From Prasinococcaceae sp. CCMP 1430 (taxonomy: Eukaryota; Plantae; Prasinodermophyta): 64,000 bases of DNA. The position numbers were made by a program, and so were the translations under genes. Location: assembly GCA_013416795.1 (NCBI GenBank), contig RQSC01000025.1, positions 252,137 to 316,136 of the forward strand, written 5' to 3'. Shown in pieces: positions 19,701 through 32,264 of this stretch. The notes under the pieces were generated by a model. It was given only the letters and a program-made list of their open reading frames with translations, was not told the origin of the DNA and did not search any database. The first letter of the stretch is position 1. The number at the start of each line of letters is the position of its first letter.

Positions 19701-22700
19701 TGATGCCCTCGAGCGCGCATCACTTAGTGCTCTGCGAAGCGCGCTTCCGAGTACGCTCTTGTGGACTTTCGCGGCGGCCAAGGAAGGCGCCTGCGATCCC
19801 ACGGATGATGGAATAGATCTCGAAGACATGTGCGCGCAAGCGCTGTGCGGCGTGGAGGCTCTGGCGGGGCTCATTGCTGCCTCAGGCGAGGAAGAAGAGC
19901 CGCTGGATGGGATTGATGCTCCGCTCGCTCTTCTTGCCGAGGTGCTGGCGTCGGACACGTTCACGATGGTCACGCGCGATGATGACACGTCGAAGTCAAA
20001 CTCAAGCGCGCACGTTGTCCAGCGCTTGACTGTGGACTGCATCTCTCGTGTGGTCGTAGCGTGCCGCAGCGGTGGGGTTGCCATTGGTGCTGCGCGCGCG
20101 CGTGCCGTGGCGATGTGCCGCACGTACGCCGACGGCGGTGCGCGAATGCTGCGGGCACGCATCGAGGGCGGGGCACGAGAGTGCGAGTCCTTTTGGTGCG
20201 ACCTCGTCCGCCACGCGGGTCTCGAGACCACCTTCGAGCTCGTGCGCTCGGCTGCGAAGGCACATGGAAGCGCGCACTCTGGATCCAGATCGAGTGCTGG
20301 CAGGCTCTTCTTCGCCGCGCTCGTTGAGGGTGCCGTCGATGCGCTGCATGCAAGTCTTGGCGAGTCGAATGTGCTCACGCAGGCCGAAGGTGACCAGTCT
20401 ACGCCTGATCATTCGTCCATTCATTCGGCCATGCGTGCGCTCTTCGACGTGTCTGAGTCTCTGGGCAACGGCTCGGAGGGCGCTCTGTTCGACTCGCGCA
20501 CTGTGGATTCCCTCTTCGAGTGCATCGGCGCGTGCATGCGTGCGTCGGACTCGCGCGCGTGCGCCGCGGGCGATGCCGCGGATCGCTTTGCCGTCTCACT
20601 TCAAGGCGAAAGCGTAGCCTCACTCGCCGCTCGCGCACTGGGCGCAGGTGCAGCTGATCTCACGCTGCCACGCGCGCGCGTCCTCGCCGACCTCGCACGC
20701 GGCTCGCTTGCTGCACGCCGCACGATCGTGGGCGCGCTTTTGAAAGCACCGCACGAGGTCCACGAGGGCGCGCTCTTGCTTCCAGTACTGGGGGCGTGCA
20801 CCACGCGCGGGGCCGCGCTCGACGCCACAGAACTGCACGCACTTCACGCCAAGCTGGCTGCGTTCCTCGCGTTCACGCTTTGCGGCTTGAGCGAGCTCCG
20901 TGATTCGCCGCAGGGAGCCGAAACTATTGCATTTGTTCTGCGTGGTGAGCTCTTTGACTCACACGAGTCTGTCCTGGACGTTGGCGACGCACCATTGCTG
21001 CACGCGCTGCCCATCGCCTTCGACTCCCTGTGCGCCGCCGGCGCCGCCGAGGTGGTCGAGGCCGTTGGCGAGGCGGCTGTAGCATACCTGGCTGAAGCTG
21101 GCACGGCGGAGGACGGCATTGAGGCGCTCTGCGCACCTGCGTGCGAATTCGCGTTGCGCTGCTCGCTGGCGACCGCCTGCGCGCTCTGCAAGTCGATGAC
21201 TGAGGCCGACGGGAAGGACGTTGATGGAGGCAACGGTGCAGCGGCATCCACCACTCAAGCGGTGCTTGCAACGCTCGAGGGTGCAAGCCGCCTCGCTGCC
21301 AAATGTTTCGTTGCCGATTCGAATGCCAGTGATGCCATCGCCGAGGGCGTGCGCCACCTGCGCGAGGCATGCCTTGCGTGTGTACGCGTGACTTGTGAGG
21401 ACGAGGGGCTGCTGCGCGCGCTAAGTGTGCTGCGGGACTCACCTGCCAATCAGACGGAAACGGCAACACAGGTGGCACCTGTGCTCGAACGCGCTTTCTC
21501 CGCGCTCACACCTTTCCTGGTGGGCGGCTTGCGTCATGCCCTAGGCGACGCGCGCACCGTCCGCACGATGGGCGACGCTCTTGGCGCATTCCTAGGTGGC
21601 AACGGGACTCCTCCAACAGCACGCGTGGAGAAGGGCTGCGAGCAGCTGCTGCATCTGCTCTTCTCTCACTCTCGCTTTCTGGCGCTCGCAAGCGGCACGG
21701 ACGTACGGCCCGGCGGCGCCGACGCACCGCTGTACCCTGATGCCATAGCGCGCCCCGCGAGTGGTGTGGGCGCCACGCTGGCGAGTGTGCTTCCATTTGC
21801 GGATGCGTGCACGGCCGTCGCGCCTGACCAACTTCCGGAGAAGACCAGCGAAGCTAAGGAGGCAGTGCTTGGCTTGGTGTCGACACTCGTGCTGTATGCA
21901 GATGCCAAGCTGGCGGTCTCGCTGGGCCATCTGCAGTCGCTGGTAGAGCTCCTCGCGCGTTGCTACACGGCAACATGCTCGGAGGCGGACCTGCAGCTGC
22001 ATGCCGTATTGCACACCCTGCACGCCCGATGCACTACGGCCGACCTGCCGGGCTTGTCATCGTTCGGCTTCGGGTGGGCCCGGACCTCGGGCACGGTGGT
22101 GGCAGGTGCTGAGACCGACGTGTCGCCCGAGCCACGGATCGACAGCTGGCGGTGCGCTCTCACCGTTGCGAACTTCCCTTTCGAGCGCGCGTACGGCACT
22201 CCCCTTTCGGATCGCGCAGGCAATATGGACGCTGTTGCAGCGGGAGGTGGCACCGCGTCTGATGTGGAAATGGATGACATTGAGACAGACGCGGAGGCGG
22301 TGGTCAAGGAGGACTGTGGTCAAGCTGACCGGCGCCGAAGACAGAGCGGCGGGGGGCAGAGCATGGGATTGTCAGGCGCGCTGGGCTGCCACCTGCCGAG
22401 CCTGGCGCCCTTTATGTACGACCCGCTGCACGTCTTGCGTTACGCAGCGCACGCCCTTGGCACGCGCGGGCTCGACGCAGCACGGGAGATCTCCCTCAAC
22501 GGGCTGTTCGCGGTGGCGCTCATGGCGCTGGCAGCGGTGGATACCGAGCTACGCTCGTGTGCGTACACGGTGGTGACACTGTTCATGACGTTAGTCGACG
22601 GTGCAACGGCCGAGGCCGCGGACGATGGCGAGGAAAGACAGAAGGCAAGCAACAAGCGCGGCAGGGATGCGCACGGTGGTCGGAGCGCCCGCATTGCTGG

Positions 22701-24621
22701 CGCGCGTCGCCATTTCTTTCGCGAGGCACCACAATTGGAGATGCTTCTTCGTTCGCTTCAGAACGCGGTGTCCGCTCCGCTCATGCGCCTGCCGGCGCTG
22801 TCGGCGGCTTTCGCCGCCGAGGCATCGTGCGTCCTATCGCATCCCGCGAGCGCACACTACGCAATGCTCAACAACTACCTTCTGCGGCGCCCCGCGCTCG
22901 ACCTCAGCGCGGTGCCACTCTTTTTCGCCATGTTCGGCAGCGCAACGCACGCCCTTGCGACTGATCGCGCGTGGGCGCTGCGGCTGCTGCTCGTGGGCGT
23001 GGGCGGCGCGGAGGACACTAAGATTCTCAGGAGGCTCTTCGTGGCAGAGCTGCTGATGAGTGGTATGGGGAGCTCCTACCTCGATCCGCAGGTAAGTCTC
23101 GCTCCGCGTGCGAATGCGTGCGCGCGTGCGTGGAGCCGTGATGTCACACAAGTATCTATGGAATCTCGTTAATCCCGAGTGGCGGGCCCGAGAGGGTGAC
23201 CGCGCGGTGCTGAGACGATCCTTTGAAAACGACTGAGCATCCCTGTGCACGTGCACGTTCACGTCAACGCATGCCAAACGCACATCCGTGAGCGCCATGT
23301 GTCGCTCTTGCTGACTTCGCGCCCCCCTCTGCGTCCGTGCGCACCCGCGCGCCGCCACGCAGTGCAAGGTTCTCGCCGCTGAGGTTGTGCGCAAGTGTGC
23401 ACACGTCGTGCCGTGCGCGCTCGATTTGCTCGATAGTGCTGGCCTGCTGCCTACGCTCTGCATGGAGGTACTCGCAGCGGGCAGACACGGCGCTCGAAGT
23501 ATGAGTGGTGCGCGCGAGGGTGGGATTGGCTCGAGCACCGCCTCGCAACACGTTGCGTCGGCGGCCCTGCAGGTGCTCGTGCGGCTCGTGGTACGTAAGC
23601 CTCGCGTGCCAGCGCGCGCGCGTCACCACCCTGCACGCATGAAATTTTGCTGACGTCTACCTCGCCTATGCGCTTTGTGCCCACCAATGTTCCGCCTCCG
23701 CCGGCGCAGGAGGTGCGAGACACTCGCATGCGGATGTGCCGCAACAACCTGGGCCTCGCCATTGAGTGCGCCCGCGCCCTCCTGTCGCGCTTCGCGAACC
23801 AGGAAGAGCTCGGCAGCTCACGACCGGCCCATCGCACGAGCGCGGAGGGCGACGAGCACTCACTCGTGCTGCGGTTTGTGGGCGGGGTATTGCGCGGCGT
23901 CCGGGAGAGCCGCGAGCGTGGCGGCGCGCGTTGGGCCCTCTCCTCAGCCGAGCTGGTTGCGCTCTTTGTGGCTGCGGGCACCCACAGGGGCGCGCGCGCA
24001 CACGCATTGCGCGTGGCGCTGCTCAGCGAGCCGACCGCGTTTTGGGCAGACGCGCACGCTGCCGATGCGAGCGAGAGCGAGGCGGCGCTCAGCTTCTTGC
24101 GCGTGGCTGTCGACACCATCGTCGCCGACGTCGGCACGGCCATGGATGGTGCTGAGGCGTTGGCTGGCGACGAGGCGTGTGCTCGCCCAAGGACGTTCTG
24201 CTCGGCGCTGCTGCAATGGCTCGCCGCGTCGGCGTGGGGGGCGCGCGGTGACTCGGGCGCGGGCGCACAGAGTCGCGAGGGTTCGCGGGTGTTGGCGGCG
24301 CTGCGCCCCGCCACTCGCCGCGAGGCGGTGTCGCTCGTTGCGCGTCTGGTCGAGGTCTGCCCGGCAGAGTGCCTACGCGAGGCCGCGCTGGTGCTGCTCG
24401 CGCTTTTGCGCCCCACCGACGCGCGCACGGTGGCGTTGCTGGGCGCGCTGCCCAACCCCACGCCGATGCACGAGAGTGTGTCTGCCGACTGTGGCGGCAC
24501 GCGGGCGCGGGAGGGCGAATGCGCGTGGGAGGGCGTGTGTGACCGCCTCATCGCGCCAGAGTGCGGCGCGGAGGCCGCCGAGCTCTTTGACCGTCTGGCC
24601 GGGCTCGTCGCCTCGATGTAA
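16711..24621 (+). CDS. URB1: Nucleolar pre-ribosomal-associated protein 1 (URB1/Npa1)
   Basis: Very large helical protein with the NopRA1 C-terminal signature MYDPLHVL...FREAPQLEMLLRSLQNAV...RLP...LNNYLLRRPALDLSAVPLFFAMF...DRAWALRLL. Exons 16711-23091, 23363-23590 and 23710-24621, with phase-0 GT-AG introns. Confidence 0.88.
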
Positions 24622-24630
24622 AATGTACAT

Positions 24631-25332
24631 TCAAACAGGTCCAGCATTGCGCGCGTGTGTCTTGTCGACGCCGGTGCTGCCTACGCGCGCTCGCCGCGCG
24701 CGCTCGCCGCGCCTGAGGTAGGAGCGCGGCTTGGATGCCGGCCCCGTGCCGACGCCCTCGGCTGCGGCAGGTGCTGCGGGCACAGGTGAAGGCCTGTGTA
24801 CCCCCGTCGCCATCGCTCCGGCGACGGCAGCGCGCGTCGCCGCGAGCTGCGCGCGGAGTCGCTCGTCGAGCGGCGTACCCACCGCCTCAGCCGCGACGCG
24901 CGCAACGTCCGCCGCCTCGCGCCGCAGCGCCGCGCACGCCTCCCATCGCCGCCGCGTTGCGCGGCCGAGCGCGCGTGCTTCGACGGCCGCACAAGCGCGC
25001 AGGTACGACACCTCGCTTGCGCCATCACTGCCGTGCAGCGCGACGTGCAGCGCGCGGAGGCGCGGCTCGCCTCGTGGGAGCGCGGCCAGCATTGAGGCAA
25101 GCGGCGGCTGTGTATGTGCTTGCGCCCCCGCGTCCGGCGGCGCCTGCACGGGCTGCGCCTCTGCGTGCTGCCCCTCCGCGCTGAGCCCTCGCTCGCCGCC
25201 CGCCCGCGCTGCTGGGTTTTGCAACGCTCGCGCGCGCTCGAGCGCGGGAGCGCGGCTCCCTGTTCGCCGCTCCGCGGGCGGCGGCAGCGGCAGGAAGAAC
25301 ACGCCCAGCGCGCCGCCGGCCGCGCGCGCCAT
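24631..25332 (-). CDS. Hypothetical protein
   Basis: Protein-like middle (LASMLAALPRGEPRLRALHVALHG...). A probable upstream exon and intron lie near 25370-25490. Structure unresolved. Confidence 0.3.
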   Translation of the reverse strand: MARAAGGALGVFFLPLPPPAERRTGSRAPALERARALQNPAARAGGERGLSAEGQHAEAQPVQAPPDAGAQAHTQPPLASMLAALPRGEPRLRALHVALHGSDGASEVSYLRACAAVEARALGRATRRRWEACAALRREAADVARVAAEAVGTPLDERLRAQLAATRAAVAGAMATGVHRPSPVPAAPAAAEGVGTGPASKPRSYLRRGERARRARVGSTGVDKTHARNAGPV

Positions 25333-25883
25333 CGAGGTGCAGCCGCGCCCGGAGGAGCTTGGCTACGTATCGCCACCCGCGCGCCCCCCGCCCGGTGTGT
25401 GGGGCGTGCATGCGCGCGATCGCGCCGCACAGCGTCTCACCTTTGAACTTCGAACGCACGCAGCCGCAGAGCACCCTCGCAGGCGCTGCCGGCCATCGCA
25501 GCGCAGCGCATTCGATTTGACGTGAAATGTATGGCGAGCCAAGCGCCCGCGGTTCAGAGCATTCAGAGCTCCCCTCCGGCTGTCCCTGTGAGCACATTCA
25601 ATTGTGTCTATTGATGGTGTACGGTGTACCGTAGTCCACTCTAGAGTCTAGTCACTCGTCCTAGTCTAGTTACTGTACCGTTTGATCGTAGGCCACGCGC
25701 GCGCGCGGGTGCGCAGGCACGCGGACAGACGACAGTCGTGTTCGGGTGGCGCCGATGGCGGGAGCGCGTCGCACGAAGCGCGCAGTGCCTCGTGTCGCTC
25801 CCTCTCTCCCTTCGTTCGCAATGTCTACTGTACATGTGCCATCATGATGGTAGCTACTGTGGCAGCGGACCCTCGCTGCGCCG

Positions 25884-28800
25884 TCACGCGGCGCCCTTGA
25901 GGCTCCTATCGAGCTGCGCCTCGGCCGCACGCCGAGCGGCGAGCCAACTCCGCAGCTCGCCCATGTGCCTACGCCGATAGAACGTGCGCATGAGGTTGTA
26001 TGTGCTCAGCACCTTGCCCGTGAGGGTATCCACGTAGCGTCCGTCGGCGCGGGGCTCCACGCGAGTGGCCATGAACACGTCGAGGAGGGCGTCCGAGACA
26101 TGCTCGTCGGATGCTTTCGCTGGGGAACCGGAAAAGTGCACACCGTGCTTCGCGCCGCGCGCCGAGTCAAGGCGCACATTGTCCAAGTCCGCGTGCGTTT
26201 GTCCGCGCAAGTCCTGGGCGAGCGAGTAGAGTGCGCGCTCCTTGTTGAGTAACGTCTTGAAGTCGGGCGTGACGCGCGTCTCGGCGGGCGCGTACGGCTG
26301 TCCCAGCGGGTCCGCCGGCATGAGCGGCAGCGGCACAGGGGCACCCCTGTGCGCAGACCTTTGCACCTCCTCGTCCGCCAGTGCGGGGTCCGCACACTGC
26401 GCATGGGCCTGCGCGTCCGCGTGCGTACGCGCGTGTGCCCGGGTGTGGGCTCCTGGCGTTGAGGATCGCAGCACGCCCAACGGCACGGCGTCGCTTGCGT
26501 CCGGCGAGTTCACGTGCCGACCGGTCGCCACCGCCCACCTAGCGACCTGCGCGAGCACGCGGGGCTCGCGCTGGTAATACGTCTTCATGAGTGAGTAGGA
26601 CGAGAGCTCCTTGCCCGTGAGGCTGCACCGATAGCACCGTGGGCGCACGAGCTCCACGCGACTTGACATGAATTCGACCACCATCTCCTCGGTCACGGAC
26701 ACAGCCGGCAGTTGCTGCACCTTGGGCTCGGGCCCGGGCGCGCTCGCGCCGCCCTCAGCACCGGCATACACGGTGATGGTCCGTGGCCCATGCTCACGCT
26801 CGGGAGTCGTCTCGGCACTCTTGAGCGCCTCCAGCTGCGCCTCACCCTGTCGAGCGAGCGCTGCGGCCATCTCGCGCTGAATGTCCTGCTGCGAGCGCAA
26901 CAGCTCGGTGAGCGAGGCCATCTGCGCCAGCTGCTGCTCGGTGGCTGCCGTCTGTGCACTCACAGCCGCCTCGATGGCATCAGCTGACGAAGATGATGGT
27001 CGCGCAACGAGTCCGGCTCCAGCATCGGCCCCAGACGCCGCGGCTTGTGGCTGAGGGACCGGGGATTCGGCGCGCTCTGCGCCTCTCGCGCTCGCCTCGT
27101 CGGCCTTGTCAACCTCTACGCCCGCAGCCGCTACCCTGCGCGTTAGCATCCCCTGCGTCTGCTGCTGCGTCAGCAGCTGCTGCTGCTGCGCCTGCACCAA
27201 CAATTGCTGGCGCTGTCGTTCGAGCAGAAGCTGCTGCTCAGCCTGCGCGCGCTGTGCTTCGAGTATCTCTTCCTGATTGCGCAGGAAAGCGCCCAGCTGA
27301 GCGGAGAGCGCCTCGAGCTGAGGCGAATGCAGTGCGCGCGCTGCCTCCAACACAGCCTCAGTGGGAACGTTGACCTCGAGAGGAGTATGCGGCGTGAGAG
27401 CTGGTGGGTTGACGGCCGGCGGCAAACCCGCGGACAGTTGCTTCCGCCCCAGTTCGAGCAGGCGTCGGTCGCCATACTCTTGCCGCGCGGCGCGCGCTGC
27501 CTTGGTCCGCTCCTCGTGTGACGCGGCCTGCCGCAGCTGCGCGGAGTGATCCGGCACCGCACGTACGGCGAAATCGTCTTCGAGCCTGTCGAGCATGTCT
27601 TCCATGACGTCCTCGCAGTCGATGGCGATCGTGTCGCCAACCGACCGTAGCCACTCGCGGCAAGCCTCCGCGTCGTCGGAGGCGCCCTTGCCAATGCTCT
27701 CGTAGATGGCCAGAGCACGTTCGAAGAGCACCTCAGCGAGCTGTGGCTTGGACTGGTTCAGCAATGCCATCGAACCCATGTTGACAAGCCGCGCGGCGAC
27801 AGTCGGATGTTGCGCGCCGAGCGAGCGCTCGCCGATGGATATAGCGCGCACAAAGTACCCTTCAGCCTCGTCGCACCTGTCGAGGTCGCGCAGGCACAGC
27901 GCGGCGTTGTTGTAGTAGATGGCCACGTCTGTGTGGTCGTCACCCAACAGCGCGGTATTGATTGCCAGAGCGCGATCGTACAACGTAAGCGCCTGCGAAT
28001 GGTCGCCGCGCAGACGATACAGCCCCGCCATATTGTTGTAGTAGATGGCAACGTCAGGGTGGTCGGGGCCAAGCGCAGCTTCGTCGATTGCCAGCGCACG
28101 CCCGTACAGCTCCAGGGCCTCGTTGAGCTCCCCCTGCGCTTTCTTGACACCGGCGAGGTTATTGAGGTACGTCGCCACGTTGGGATGGTCAGGACCCAGT
28201 GCGGCCTCGTCGAGCGCCAGCGCGCGCCTGTACAGGGGCTCTGCCTCGGCCAGCCGGCCCATGTCGCGGTAGAGCTCGCCCAGGTTTGAGAGCCGAATAG
28301 CGAGGGTCGGGCTCTCGTGGCCATGGACGGCCTCATCAACCGCCAGCGCGCGTTTGTACAGCGGCTCTGCGACGTCGTGTCTGCCCTGCACGCGCGCCAC
28401 CTCTGCCACATTGTTTATGTACGTGGCCACCTCGAGGTGATCACTGCCAAGAACGCGCTCCGCGATTTTTAGCGCGCGCGAGTAGAGCTCCTCGGCGGCG
28501 GGCAGATTGCCCTGCACGCGTTGCAGCTCGGCGAGCGAGGTATGTACACGCGCAACCGGTAGCGAAGAGTGCCCATAAAGCGCACGAGCGGACTCAAGGG
28601 TGCGCGCGAGGCAGAACTCGGCCTTCTGCCATTCACCATGACCCTTGTAGCACGTAGCCATGTCCGCGAGGTGCGAGCTCACCTCAGGGTGCGCCGCCCC
28701 GAGTGTGGCCTCGAGGGATCGCAGTGCCTGCTCGAGGGCGTTTTGAGCATCGGCATGGCGATCGCGCGCATCGAGCACACGGCTGAGGGAGCAAAACGAG

Positions 28801-31800
28801 CGAGCGAGCGCGAGACGCGCCCAATCTGAACCGTCCACGCCGACGTCAAGGGTGTCGCCAATGCGCTCGCCGTCCCCATCGGCGACGCCCTCGAGCTCCA
28901 CATTGAGGCGACTGTACGCTTCCTCGGCGTCCCCGAGGCGGTTGAGGCGCTCCATGGCAGCGCCAAGATGCGCGAGCGCGTCGAGCGCCAACACGGGTGC
29001 CTCCCGTGCGATGCCCATTGCCACGCGCAGGGCCTCCTTGAGCACGCCTTCGGCCTCACTCGCGGCTGCGTTGCCCCCGCTTTGAGCGTCCACACCCGCC
29101 CCGATCGGCGCCAACGAAGCTGCTGCAAGAAGCGACTTCGCGCGGCTGATCTGCAGACGCGCGACGGCGTGGGCGCCGACACTCGACAGCGCGCTATTGG
29201 CGCCGCTACTTGCTCGCGCGCGCCGATCTGCCGCGCGCGCATACACGCCGGCGGCCTCACCCGGCCGTCCCAGGAAGTCCAGAAAGCAAGCAAGCGCGGC
29301 GCATGATTGCTCCGCCTCGCTCGCGCGCATACGCACACTCCCGTCTGTGTGGCTGCTGGGGATTGCACCCCGGGCGACGGCGGCGTCAGCCATGGCGGCA
29401 GCTTCGACGGCGGCAGTGGTGGCCTCCTCTGCGTCAGCGACAAGCGCGCCGCGCCCCCCCGCGCACTGCTGCACGCACGCCGCCCAGCCCTCGAGCAGTG
29501 AGTACCGGTGCAAGCGCGATCCGCCAAAGTGGAGCGTGCACGCCGGATGCACCAGGCACGCACGCAGGTCGTTCCAGCGGCGCGCCTGACGCAGGTGGTA
29601 CAGCGTCTCGCGGCAGAGGCGCAGCGCGCTCGCGTCGGCCTTAGGGGGTACTGAGCACAGGTGCGCCGCGAGCGCTTCGTGCACGTCGCGCTTCTTGAAA
29701 GAGCTCTCCTGTAAGTATCGCTCCTCCACCGCACGCCGGACCAGCGCGTTGCGTGCACACGCAGCCCCGCCCAGGAATGCACGTTCCAGGGCGAGGTCGT
29801 CGCTGCGCACATCTCCCGCACCGTCTCCGCCCCCGGCGCCCGTAGCCGACGTGATGGTCAACAGCGGATGCATTGTCTGCAGGATCTTCTCCCAGTGCAC
29901 AGCGGTGAGCGCCTCTGTCCCCTCGCGTGAGCGGAGGAACGCAAGCATTTCCGAGGGCGCCAACCCGCAATCGCACGCCGCGTACGCACATATGGCGTCG
30001 GCAACGACGCCATCGCCATGCGCTTCCTCGAGACGCGAGAGCGCTTGGTCGTACACCTCAAGTTCGCTCGCTTCGACTGCCTCGATGGCCGACAGTATGT
30101 CATCTGGCAGCTCGCTTTCCGCCGTCGCGACCACCTCATCTGCCGCAGCCGCAAGAAACCCCGGCGTCACAGACGGCACTGGCGCGCCCGCCTCAATCTC
30201 GTCGTAGTCTTGGCCGCTCACGGCGGCACGCACGAGTGCCGACGCCTCGCTGTCGGACACCCCGCTGCGGAAGCGCGCGGCCAACAGCTCTCGTGCGAGG
30301 GACACTGCCTCCGAGCGCACAAGCGTTGGCATCTCACTCTCCAAGACCGCGCCACCGTACCGCCTACGGGCAGCCTCGCACCACACGCCGCCCGCACCAC
30401 TCAGCACGACGCGCACGCAGTGCGGCAGCGAGCGCGGCAGCCAGTCGAGTGATACCCGCGCGCCGACCCCCACGTCGAGCTTGTCGAGGCCATCCAAAAC
30501 AATGACGCAGCCCCCGCAGCTTGCAGCGTGCATGAGCATCCGCGACAGCGCGCTGGGAAGCGCCCCAGGTGACGCTGGCACTTCGCGGAGGAGTGCGCCG
30601 GCGAGGCCGTAGCGGCCAGTGGCGGCCCTTCCGCCGAAGTGCGCGCGGAGTTCGTGGCAGAGGCGCTCCGCCACCGCACGCGCGTCGCGGCATGCACCCG
30701 GTGCGTCCACAAAGTGGTACAGGACTGGAAGGCCATCGTAGCCGCCCGAACGGGAATAGCCACCGTGCCGCTTCACCTCGTCCTCGAGTGCGCACGCAAG
30801 CCGCGCGAGCATCGTCGACTTGCCTGAGCCGGCCACGCCAGTCAACAAGAGTGGGTTTTGTATGGGCTCGTCGCCGCCCACGTCAGCTGGCACGGGCGCC
30901 GACGCGAATCGGCGCATTTCCGTGAGAGTTCGCCTGGCGCCGGCCCCACAGTCTCGTGCACGCGCGCGAAGGCGGCGCGCATGCGCGCGGTGGAGCGCGC
31001 GCTCGGTGGCGAGCTCGGCGGCCGCGCGAGCGACACCGTCGCCGGCGCCGAGCGTGGCGGATGCCGGGGGCACGCACGCGCGCACACTTGCAGACGATGG
31101 AGCGTCTCCCCTCTCGCCTCTGCTGGCACCCTGTGCGCTGTTTCTCAAGGCATCGCTCTCGCTGTCAGCGGCTGCCTCAATGGCTGCGGCCGCAGCCGCT
31201 GCGGCCGCCGGACCGGCGGTCGACGGTGTCGACGGCTCGGCCGACCGCAATTTCGAGGGACCCGTGTGGGCTGCATCGAGGGTGCTGTGGGAACCCCTCG
31301 TGCCGCTCCCGACGGACCCCATCCCGGGTGACCGATGCCTGGAGCTCACGTCCATAGACGCGTCGCTGTTCGCCACGCCGCCGTCGCTTGCTCTGCCACC
31401 CCCGTAGGGACTAGCACTCTCCTCGGCGGCGCCCACTGCACGGTCTCGGTCGTCGCGGTCTTCCTCCTCGAAAAAGTCATCAAACGCCCCGCCGCTGACG
31501 ACGCCCTCATCGCCCGTGTCGCCCTGCGTCAGTCTCGCCGCAACAGAAGCAGCCTCGGCTGATGAGAGCACGTTGGGGTCCTTCTCGTTCTTTGATGACC
31601 CACTGCCCACCTCGGCGGGCGGCCCGCTCAGCGCGCGCTCCTGCTCGCTCCGGTGGCGTTCCTGATCGCGTCCGCGGCGTCAGCCAGACGAGCGTCGAGC
31701 CGAGCCAACTCCGCGCGACTCCCACGCCGTGCAAGCGCGAGCTCCGCACGCAACTCGCGCGAGCCCGCCTTGAGCCGCTCGAGCGCGCGCAGCGCCGCCG

Positions 31801-31918
31801 CCGACGGTGTTGGCGTCACCGTTGCCACCACCGGCGCTGGCGCCGGCGGCACGAGCGCCGCTGCCGCCGGCGCAGGTGGTGCCGGCTGCTGCGCCCCCTG
31901 GTCCTCGCGAGCAGACAT
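25884..31918 (-). CDS. NPHP3-like protein: N-terminal coiled coil, STAND/NACHT-like P-loop NTPase, TPR array, Q-rich tail
   Basis: Walker A GVAGSGKST, Walker B CVIVLDGLD, LDWLPRSLP, and multiple HPxVAxxLNNLAxxxxxQG TPR repeats. Main ORF 31610-25884 opens at GTG. An upstream coiled-coil ORF from ATG 31918 joins it via a 1-nt shift near 31665. Confidence 0.8.
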
Positions 31919-32264
31919 GCGCGGTCTGGCGCGCCTCGTGCGCCCAGGTGGTCCCCTTCCCCCTCGCCACACACACATGGCTCGCCTGCGCCACTGCGCA
32001 CGGCCTCCTGCCACTCGCGCACGTGCATGGCGGCGCGCCGGGGAACTCGGTTGTTACTTTTTGTTTGTTACTTCCCGGAATTCCTGCATGGAATTCAGGC
32101 GGTTGCGGAAAATTTTCACGCGCCCATCCCACAAGCAGGCACGGGCGAGCGCGTGTGCGGAGGGGAGGGGGGGGGGGGCGGGCACGGGGTGGACTGGCGC
32201 TCGAGCGCAGGGGCAGTGCGCTGCTGCGAGGGCCTTGGGGTACGTGGAGTGCTCGCGATCATTA

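Noticed and set aside
31590-31610. Apparent N-myristoylation motif MGSGSSK on the NPHP3-like ORF
   Set aside because: The ORF-track M is a GTG inside a frame that stays open further upstream; it is probably Val, not the initiator.
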